A stretch of 64,000 nt of DNA, from positions 2,976,001 to 3,040,000 of the forward strand of contig CAVUSO010000001.1 of NCBI GenBank assembly GCA_963744145.1. The letters are read 5' to 3'. Under the pieces are notes generated by a model that saw only the letters and a program-made list of their open reading frames with translations, did no database searches and had not been told where the DNA came from. A program made the translations under genes and the position numbers. This DNA comes from an uncultured cyanobacterium. Its GTDB lineage: Bacteria > Cyanobacteriota > Cyanobacteriia > Cyanobacteriales > CAWUOF01. Positions within the stretch are counted from its first letter, which is position 1, and every line of letters starts with the position of its first letter. Positions 19,278-27,308 of this stretch are shown here, in pieces.

Positions 19278-20021
19278 TTATGTAGGAGAACGTCTTAATG
19301 TAATGTCAAATTTCCACTGTTTAGCCCCCTCCAGAATATTTTTTTTCTGATTAGCCAGAGATTTTTCCTGATTAGTTAGAGAATTTTCCTGATTAGCTAT
19401 GACTAAATACTGAAGACGGGGGGGCACTTCTTGTATTACTCTGTCTTGTTGATGTAAAGGATCACCCGCAAAAAACATCTGCGTTATTAAATCGTGGAAT
19501 CCTAACTTAGAAACATGAAAATGAATATGGGATGGACGAACCCAACCTCCCCATGCGGGATAGCTACTCGGCATAATCGTAAGGAATTCGTACCGACCCT
19601 GAATATCTGTTTGACAAAATCCCCAATGCTGAAAATTTGGATCTATAGTCCCATTTGTATCTTCAGGATGATCGTATCGCCCTTGTGCATCGGCTTGCCA
19701 TATCTCTACCTGAGCATTCTGAATAGGACGACATTGCTGATCAGTAACCCGTCCATACAAGTAAATCACCTGTCCTGCTGCAGGTTGGTTACGTCCATTG
19801 ATCAGGGTTAAATCATTGTCTTTATCTTCCTGGTTTTTTGTGGGATAAAATGGCCCTTCACCGAGAGGAGGAGTAACTATTGCCTTACAAGATTGAGCAT
19901 TTGTTTCTGTACGCCCAGATTGAGCTGACAATGGTAATCCTAGACCAATAGCTCCAGCCGACAGGAGTATTGATTTTTTTAACAAGTCACGTCTACCGAT
20001 TTTAAGAATTTTATGATCCAT
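19278..20021 (-). CDS. Intradiol ring-cleavage dioxygenase (protocatechuate 3,4-dioxygenase beta-like) with Tat signal
   Basis: GRRDLLK twin-arginine plus hydrophobic segment; EGPFY, VEIWQADAQGRYDHP, PSSY and RPSHIHF give the Tyr/Tyr/His/His iron ligands; start ATG 20021 or TTG 20042. Confidence 0.88.
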   Translation of the reverse strand: MDHKILKIGRRDLLKKSILLSAGAIGLGLPLSAQSGRTETNAQSCKAIVTPPLGEGPFYPTKNQEDKDNDLTLINGRNQPAAGQVIYLYGRVTDQQCRPIQNAQVEIWQADAQGRYDHPEDTNGTIDPNFQHWGFCQTDIQGRYEFLTIMPSSYPAWGGWVRPSHIHFHVSKLGFHDLITQMFFAGDPLHQQDRVIQEVPPRLQYLVIANQENSLTNQEKSLANQKKNILEGAKQWKFDITLRRSPT

Positions 20022-20132
20022 ATCGAAACTATATTTCTCCAATTTATATACAAATTTTGCTTGGCTGTTAGCAAAACCTGGTTAGAGCGGGTTTTCAGGT
20101 CAGAATCTTGGGGTTTGGATTCAACACCTATT

Positions 20133-20175
20133 CCCCTACGGATTAATGTAGGGGCGCAAAAGCTCTGCCGCCCGT
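20133..20175. repeat. REP-like palindrome remnant
   Basis: CCCCTAC-n8-GTAGGGG followed by GTAGGGGCGCAAAAGCTCTGCCGCCC. Confidence 0.5.
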
Positions 20176-20223
20176 TGATCTCAACCAAAGCTTTTAGGGC
20201 GGGTGTTTTTCTATTGTTTTTCT

Positions 20224-20244
20224 ATTATAACATGATTATAACAT
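20224..20244 (-). promoter_or_regulatory. Doubled extended -10 motif, candidate promoter of the PKS operon
   Basis: Two copies of ATGTTATAAT (TGnTATAAT) on the minus strand, 11-nt period, about 200 nt upstream of the dioxygenase. Confidence 0.45.
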
Positions 20245-20312
20245 TTTTTACCGAGGGTTTACCTCAACCAATTCCAGCGCTCATCTCCAGATAACTTTGG
20301 TTACTTCACAAC

Positions 20313-20408
20313 GGGTGCATCTCATATTTGCAAATTTATCAATCAGGTAACGAAAAACAAGCATTTCAGCCTCCTGTTTCAAGGTTTTTGCAAAACTGAG
20401 ATGCACCC
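20313..20408. mobile_element. 96-bp MITE with 22-bp TIRs and 9-bp target duplication
   Basis: TIR GGGTGCATCTCA(ta/gt)TTTGCAAA; CTTCACAAC at 20304-20312 and 20409-20417; empty site TTACTTCACAACCATTAG present in kinase 2 (about 25890). Confidence 0.92.
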
Positions 20409-20842
20409 CTTCACAACCATTAGATACTTACCGCTCAAATTAATCCAATTGGTGAAAAGAACTCTCAATCATGTTGTACTTGATAGTTGGGAAAATCCTA
20501 GTCATCTGATTGACAATTATGGTTCTTCAATATCAACCTAAAAGCACTTTAGGTCTCCCCATCCTTGCTCCAGGGAGATTTGGTAGAGATTTTTGATCTC
20601 GAAAATTACTTAACCCAAGGAGTATTTACTCGCGATCGCTTAGTAGTGGTTCAGTTTCTCTGTACTCAAGCTGCTATTTCTCTCGTCAATGCTCGACTTG
20701 ATCAAAAAACACAAGCAGCATGACAAAATTTACAACCCAATTAGTTTTATTTCTGGTAAAATCGCTCATTCAAATGAATACATTACACTCTTAATTGAAT
20801 TGATTAAATTATACCAACAACTTGAATATCAACCGACTCTAG

Positions 20843-21267
20843 AACACCGATTCAGTAATAAAATACTGAGTATAAATATTTAAGAGATTTACCAGAAATA
20901 GGGCTGACTAAATTTAACTGGAATGTATAATCAGGACAGATTTTAACTGCTTGGACAGTTCAAGGAGACCAAGCTCGTTATTTTGGGATTCGGAAAAACT
21001 TATTTGATTTGCGACGTAGTGCTGTAGTTCATCACCTACATATTTTGGCGCGATTAGGAATAGATCACCTCCGAACAAGTCAGTTCACCGAGTCCCTCTC
21101 CAGTTTAATTAGGTTACATTTGTTTTCTGTCAGCATCAACTCTACCAATTTTCTTCAGATTTACTCAAAATCCTTTTCTTGGAAGATATTTGTTTTTTTG
21201 CGGAAACGCAATTACCGGATTAATATCCTCAGTATTTCTACTTATAATCTATTACTGAATCGGTGTT
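20843..21267 (+). mobile_element. 425-bp internally deleted IS, IS1182-family-like
   Basis: TIR AACACCGATTCAGTAATA / TATTACTGAATCGGTGTT; CTAG duplicated at 20839-20842 and 21268-21271 (empty site CGACTCTAGAGATTG at about 13331); broken transposase tail QGDQARYFGIRKN..DLRRSAVVHHLHILAR. Confidence 0.88.
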
Positions 21268-21286
21268 CTAGAGATTGCTGAAAAAT

Positions 21287-21581
21287 CGACAATTAGGATT
21301 AATACGAGCATGAATGATCTCCAAACTGCGGTGATCATCAAAATTGCGGATAATGGGATGGGGATCAAACCAGCTCTACTCACTAAAATTTTTGATCCCT
21401 TTTTTACCACTAAACCAGTGGGTCAAGGAACAGGATTAGGATTATCAATTAGTTACTCGATTATCGTGGAAAAACATCACGGTAAGTTAAGCTGTATTTC
21501 TCCTCCTGGGAGGGGAGCAGAATTTATCATTAAAATTCCCCTTTTTATTGACAATTAGGTCTAAGCTAGGTTATGATAAAA
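21287..21581 (+). repeat. 295-bp direct repeat, right copy
   Basis: Matches 13718-14012 at offset 7569. Confidence 0.92.
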
Positions 21582-21613
21582 TTGGCCTAAAATCAGTTGA
21601 TTGATGAGAGTAT

Positions 21614-24600
21614 ATGATGAAAATCATCAACAATTATAATATTAATGAAGAAATATATCATGGTTCTCGCACTATTATTTATCGAGGAAATAGAAACTCT
21701 GACTTATTACCAGTAGTAATTAAATTATTAAAAAATCCGACTCCAAGTTTTAGTGAAATAGTCCAATTTCGGAACCAATATGCAATTCAAAAAAATCTGA
21801 ATTCACCATTAATTATTAAAACCTATAGTCTGGAATTTTACCAAAATAGTTATGCTTTGGTAATGGAAGATTTTGGTGGTATATCTTTGTCGGAATATTT
21901 ACAAACAAAAGACACATTAGGATTAAGTGATCTGGATGAATTTTTAACCATAGCCATCCGGATGTGTGATATTTTAGAAATACTACATGAGCAACGAATT
22001 ATTCATAAAGATATCAAACCAAGTAATATTTTAATTAATCCAGAAACTAAGGAAATTAAATTAATTGACTTTAGTATTGCATCTCTCTTACCAAAAGAAA
22101 ATCAAATTTTAATCAGTCCAAACGTTTTAGAAGGAACACTAGCATATATTTCCCCTGAACAGACGGGACGAATGAATCGGGGGATAGACTATCGCACGGA
22201 TTTTTATTCTTTAGGAGTAACTTTTTATGAACTACTGACAGGAAAGTTACCATTTAGAGCTGATGACCCAATGACTTTAGTGCATTGTCATATTGCTCAA
22301 TCAGCTCCATTAGTCAATGAAATTAATCCGCAAATTTCTCCAGTAATTGGGAAGATTGTTAATAAATTAATGGCTAAAAATGCGGAGGAACGTTATCAAA
22401 GTGCATTAGGATTGAAGCAAGATTTAGAACAATGTTTAAAAGCACTAATTACCACTGGTAAGATTAATGATTTTCCAATTGGTCAACAGGATATATGCGA
22501 TCGCTTTATTATTCCGGAAAAATTATATGGTCGTGAGCAAGAAGTCGCAACAATTTTAGCAGCATTTAATCGTGTAGCAAATCCCCAGGAAATCGAAGGT
22601 AATAGTAGAGGAAATAGAGAAATTATTTTAGTAACAGGTTTTTCGGGAATTGGCAAAACCGCAATCATTAATGAAGTACATAAACCGATAGTCAAACAAA
22701 GAGGATATTTCATTAAAGGAAAGTTTGATCAATTTAACCGTCATCTTCCCTTATCAGGGTTTGTCCAGACATTTCGAGATTTAATGACACAATTGTTACA
22801 TGAAACTGACTCAGAGTTAGCTGGATGGAAAACTAAAATATTAGCAGCATTAGGTGATAATGGACAAGTAATAATTGAAATAATTCCCGAATTAGAAAAA
22901 ATTATTGGTAAACAACCAGCAGCACCAGAGTTGTCGGGAATAGCAGCACAAAATCGGTTTCGTTTATTATTGCAAAAATTCGTGAAAGTATTCACGAGTA
23001 AAGAACATCCATTAGTGATATTTTTAGATGATTTGCAATGGGCAGATTCAGCATCATTACAATTAATTCAGGTACTGATGAATGAAGCAACAGCAGGATA
23101 TTTATTATTAATTGGAGCCTATAGAGATTATGAAGTATCGACCGTACATCCTTTAATGCTAACCTTAAATGAACTTAGGAAAAATTCTAAAATTATTAAT
23201 ACAATTACCTTAAATCCTCTGGAGAAATCAAGTTTAAATCAGTTAATCGCAGACACCTTAAACTGCACCATAGAAATCGCTCAACCATTAACAGATTTAG
23301 TTTATCAAAAAACTCAAGGAAATCCATTTTTTAGTATCCAATTTATCCAGAAATTGTCTAGAGATGGATTAATTAAATTTGCTGTCAAAAAGAGATATTG
23401 GGAATGTGATATTAGCGAAATTAAAGCGTTAGTATTAACTGATGATATCGTCGAATTTATGGCTTTACAGTTGCAGAAATTACCAAGGGAAACCCAGCAA
23501 GTATTAAAATTAGCAGCTTGTATCGGGAATCGATTTAATTTAGAAACTGTCGCAATGGTTTCAGAAAAATCACAATCAGAAACTGCTGGAGATTTATGGA
23601 CAGCATTATCTACAGGTTTAATCTTACCACAAAATGAAGTTTATAAATGCTATATCGAGCAAGAATTACCAGAAATAGATCAAGAATCACACCAAGTTGA
23701 ATATAAGTTTCTCCATGATCGGGTTCAACAAGCAGCTTATTCTTTAATTCCTGAATCAGAAAAAGCGATCGCTCATTATCAAATTGGTAAATTACTACTA
23801 GCACAAATGTCTCCCACCGACTTAGATGAGCAAATTTTTATCGTGGTGAATCAATTAAATTATGGGATTGACCTAATTGTAGACCAACAGGAACGCGATC
23901 AGCTTGCTCAACTGAATCTTAGTGCTGGTGATAAAGCAAGAACTGCAACTGCTTATCAAGCTGCGTATAATTATACAGAAATCGGGCTAACCTTACTTGG
24001 AGATGAAGCTTGGAGACGCGAGTACCAGATGACTTTGAAATTGTCTGAACTCGCGACAGAAGTAGCTGCTCTATGTGGATACTTTGAGCAGATGGAACAA
24101 TGGTTTAATGCGGTGATCACTCATGCTCAAACTTCCACCGAAAAAGTAGGAGTAACTATAGTAAAAATTCAGACATTATTTGCTCAAAACCAGCTTTTAG
24201 AAGCAATATCTATCGGTTTGGTAATGATCAAAGAATTAGGAGTTGAGATCCCTGATGTACCGACGAACCAGGATATTGAAGATGCTGTCGCACAAATTAA
24301 CAAATTAATCAGCGATCGCGAAACCAATGACCACAACTATCAACCGATTGAAGAATTATTTTATCTCCCATTAATGACAGATGAGCAAAAACTAGGGATT
24401 ATGCAGGTAGCGACAAGTATTCAAGCAGCTTGTTATATAGTCGGGTCGCTCCTGTTTCCGTTGCTAGTTGCTTTACAGGTAAAGCTATCAATCCAGTATG
24501 GTAACAGTCCTACTTCAGGTCTAAGCTATGCTTTTTATGGTCTTTTTCTGATTAACTTTCTCCAAAATGTAACAGATGCGATCCAGTTTAGTAAATTAGC

Positions 24601-27061
24601 ATACCAGCTAGCGGCTGAACCAAATGCCAAAAATATTCGCTCTGCAACTTTTCTGGTCATCGGTTCTTTTTTGCACCATCGTCATTCACCAATGAGGGAG
24701 ATTTTACCCTTACTTGAGTCAGGTTATCAAGCTGGATTAGAAACAGGTAATCTCGAATATGTTGGACATAATGGACAGGCGTTTTGTTTAAATTCCTATT
24801 GGTGTGGTCAAAATCTGACCGAATTAGAAACCCAAACCCGTGCTTATCGTCAGCAATTACTCGATTTGAATCAACTAACAACAGCAAACTACTGTTTAGT
24901 TTATTGGGAAACAATGCTATTTTTACTAGGTAATACTGACCAGATCGAACTCTCTTTTGAACAACCCCAATCTCAAGCAAAACTGGTTTCTGAGTCCCTC
25001 GCTTCTAACGATCTGTTCCGTGTATTTATCTTCTATTTATTCAGAGCAATTTTACAATTTTTAGAGAGAGATATTGAGTCAGCTACTACCGATATCGGGC
25101 AAGCAAGACAGTATGTAGCTGGAGGTATCGGATCTATTCCTGAAGTTGCTTTATATTTTTATGATTCTCTAATTATCCTTGCCAATATTACTCAATCTCA
25201 AACTGATTTACAAGGACAGCAACAACAAATCCAAGAAAACCAAATTAAATTACAGTTTTGGGCAGAACAAGCTCCGATGAATTATTTGCACAAGTGGCAA
25301 TTAGTAGAAGCTGAACGCTATCGAGTTTTGGGACAAAAAGCCGAAGCGATCGCGCTTTATGACGAAGCGATCTGTGGTGCTAAAGAAAATGAATATATCC
25401 AAGAAGAAGCTTTAGCTAATGAATTAGCAGCTAAATTTTATCTTGACTGGGGTAAGGAAAAAGTAGCCCAAAGCTATATCCAAGAAGCTTACTACTGTTA
25501 TGCTCGCTGGGGAGCAAAAGCTAAAACTGATGACTTAGAAAAACACTATTCTCACTTACTTCAACCAATTCTGCAATCACCAAATCTGAGTTTCAATCCC
25601 CTAGAAAGCATTAGTATTATTGCTACTACTTCTAGCCAAAAATCAATTCATCCTTCTATTTCTAGTAGTAACCGAATGACTGATTTTCTTGATTTTGCCT
25701 CTGTGATCAAAGCGGCTCAAGTTATTTCTACTAGTATTCAGTTAGAAGAATTAATTACTACCGTTAGCAAAATTATTATTGAAAATGCGGGAGCGAAAAA
25801 ATGCGTACTCATTCTACCTGATGAGAATGAATGGCAAATTCGAGCAATTACCTCAACCAATCCCAGTGATAATCTTCCCATAACTTTGTTTACTTCACAA
25901 CCATTAGATACTTATTCTGATCTACCGCTTAAATTAATCCAATTGGTGAAAAGAACTCTCAATCCTGTGGTATTTGATAGTTATGAAAATCCTAGTCATC
26001 TGATTGATAATTATCTCCTCCAATATCAACCCAAGAGCGCTTTAGGTCTCCCCATCCTGTATCAAGGAGATTTGGTGGGAATTTTTTATCTAGAAAATCA
26101 CTTAACCCAAGGAGTGTTTACTCGCGATCGCTTAGTAGTAGTTCAGTTTCTCTGTACTCAAGCTGCTATTTCTCTCGTCAATGCTCGACTTTACCAACAA
26201 ACACAAGCAGCATTACAAAATTTACAACAAGCCCAATTACAAATTGTGCAAAGTGAAAAAATGTCAGCTTTAGGTAATTTAGTTGCTGGAGTTGCCCATG
26301 AAATTAATAATCCGACTGGCTGTATTATTGGTAATATTGATTTTATGCAAAATTATATTCAAGACTTATTTAACATTATTGACCTCTATCGTGAAGAATT
26401 GCCCCAACCGAGTAGAAAACTTGCCAATGAATTGGCAAATATTGATCTAGATTTTCTGAGAAAAGATTTACCGAAACTGATTAAATCTATGAACGATGCA
26501 GCTGATCGCATTACCTCAATTAGTAATAGTCTTCGCACTTTCTCTCGTGCTGATTACGAATCTAAGCAGGAATTTAATCTCCATGAAGGACTCGATAGTA
26601 CAGTCATGATTTTACGTCATCGTCTCAAAGCAAATGAGCAGCGTCCCGCCATTGAAATTATCACTAATTATGGAAATATTCCCCATCTAAAATGTTTTCC
26701 TGGTCAACTTAATCAAGTATTTATGAATATTATTGCCAATGCGATCGATGCTCTAGAAGAATCTAATCAAGGACGTAGCTATGAAGATATTCAAACTGAT
26801 CCTAATCGCATCACCATTAGCACATCATTCCACCATCAATATATCCAGATTAGCATTGCTGATAATGGTACGGGAATGACAGAAGCAGTCAAACAACGGA
26901 TTTTTGAGCATTTATTTACTACTAAAGGTGTGGGTAAAGGTACGGGATTAGGACTAGCGATCGCCCGACAAATCATCGTAGACAAACATGGAGGGAAAAT
27001 TACGGTCAATTCCACTCCTGGAGTAGGAACAGAATTCTTGTTGGAATTACCAATAGTTTAA
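21614..27061 (+). CDS. Giant Ser/Thr kinase - AAA ATPase - GAF - histidine kinase (kinase 2)
   Basis: HKDIKPSNILI, DFSIA, GFSGIGKT, FLDDLQWAD, GAF domain, AHEINNP, LFTTKGVGKGTGLGL. Confidence 0.95.
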   Translation: MMKIINNYNINEEIYHGSRTIIYRGNRNSDLLPVVIKLLKNPTPSFSEIVQFRNQYAIQKNLNSPLIIKTYSLEFYQNSYALVMEDFGGISLSEYLQTKDTLGLSDLDEFLTIAIRMCDILEILHEQRIIHKDIKPSNILINPETKEIKLIDFSIASLLPKENQILISPNVLEGTLAYISPEQTGRMNRGIDYRTDFYSLGVTFYELLTGKLPFRADDPMTLVHCHIAQSAPLVNEINPQISPVIGKIVNKLMAKNAEERYQSALGLKQDLEQCLKALITTGKINDFPIGQQDICDRFIIPEKLYGREQEVATILAAFNRVANPQEIEGNSRGNREIILVTGFSGIGKTAIINEVHKPIVKQRGYFIKGKFDQFNRHLPLSGFVQTFRDLMTQLLHETDSELAGWKTKILAALGDNGQVIIEIIPELEKIIGKQPAAPELSGIAAQNRFRLLLQKFVKVFTSKEHPLVIFLDDLQWADSASLQLIQVLMNEATAGYLLLIGAYRDYEVSTVHPLMLTLNELRKNSKIINTITLNPLEKSSLNQLIADTLNCTIEIAQPLTDLVYQKTQGNPFFSIQFIQKLSRDGLIKFAVKKRYWECDISEIKALVLTDDIVEFMALQLQKLPRETQQVLKLAACIGNRFNLETVAMVSEKSQSETAGDLWTALSTGLILPQNEVYKCYIEQELPEIDQESHQVEYKFLHDRVQQAAYSLIPESEKAIAHYQIGKLLLAQMSPTDLDEQIFIVVNQLNYGIDLIVDQQERDQLAQLNLSAGDKARTATAYQAAYNYTEIGLTLLGDEAWRREYQMTLKLSELATEVAALCGYFEQMEQWFNAVITHAQTSTEKVGVTIVKIQTLFAQNQLLEAISIGLVMIKELGVEIPDVPTNQDIEDAVAQINKLISDRETNDHNYQPIEELFYLPLMTDEQKLGIMQVATSIQAACYIVGSLLFPLLVALQVKLSIQYGNSPTSGLSYAFYGLFLINFLQNVTDAIQFSKLAYQLAAEPNAKNIRSATFLVIGSFLHHRHSPMREILPLLESGYQAGLETGNLEYVGHNGQAFCLNSYWCGQNLTELETQTRAYRQQLLDLNQLTTANYCLVYWETMLFLLGNTDQIELSFEQPQSQAKLVSESLASNDLFRVFIFYLFRAILQFLERDIESATTDIGQARQYVAGGIGSIPEVALYFYDSLIILANITQSQTDLQGQQQQIQENQIKLQFWAEQAPMNYLHKWQLVEAERYRVLGQKAEAIALYDEAICGAKENEYIQEEALANELAAKFYLDWGKEKVAQSYIQEAYYCYARWGAKAKTDDLEKHYSHLLQPILQSPNLSFNPLESISIIATTSSQKSIHPSISSSNRMTDFLDFASVIKAAQVISTSIQLEELITTVSKIIIENAGAKKCVLILPDENEWQIRAITSTNPSDNLPITLFTSQPLDTYSDLPLKLIQLVKRTLNPVVFDSYENPSHLIDNYLLQYQPKSALGLPILYQGDLVGIFYLENHLTQGVFTRDRLVVVQFLCTQAAISLVNARLYQQTQAALQNLQQAQLQIVQSEKMSALGNLVAGVAHEINNPTGCIIGNIDFMQNYIQDLFNIIDLYREELPQPSRKLANELANIDLDFLRKDLPKLIKSMNDAADRITSISNSLRTFSRADYESKQEFNLHEGLDSTVMILRHRLKANEQRPAIEIITNYGNIPHLKCFPGQLNQVFMNIIANAIDALEESNQGRSYEDIQTDPNRITISTSFHHQYIQISIADNGTGMTEAVKQRIFEHLFTTKGVGKGTGLGLAIARQIIVDKHGGKITVNSTPGVGTEFLLELPIV

Positions 27062-27092
27062 AAATTTTCACCTCTAGTCATAATTGTGAGAC

Positions 27093-27273
27093 TATTGATG
27101 CGTTACCAAGCAGATAAAGGGTCTTCTCGATCGAATTAAGCACCGATAATTAGGATTAATACTAGTATGAATGATTTCCCAACTGGGGTGTACCGAATCA
27201 TGGAATGGGATCAGAATTGATCATTAAGATTCCCCTTTTTATTGACTTTTGGCTCTAAGTTAAGTTATCATAA
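27093..27273 (+). pseudogene. Degenerate, internally deleted third copy of the kinase 1 3' end
   Basis: AATTAGGATTAATACTAGTATGAATGATTTCCCAACTG and ATCATTAAGATTCCCCTTTTTATTGAC..CTAAG..GTTAT match about 13665-13760 and 13957-14010. Confidence 0.75.
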
Positions 27274-27308
27274 GCAACGGACTACAATTAGTTAACTTCT
27301 TACAGATA

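Larger units (their letters stand above)
20291..21558 (+). pseudogene. Chimeric relic of a Ser/Thr kinase-GAF-His kinase paralog
   Basis: 20291-20735 is a frameshifted copy of the kinase 2 GAF region (about 25880-26230); 20737-20842 plus 21272-21286 copies kinase 1 at about 13234-13354; 21287-21558 copies the kinase 1 HATPase end; two MITEs inserted. Confidence 0.9.

Noticed and set aside
20689..21558. ORFs 20689-20883, 21009-21281 and 21310-21558 as real genes
   Set aside because: They are fragments of the kinase relic and of the deleted transposase.
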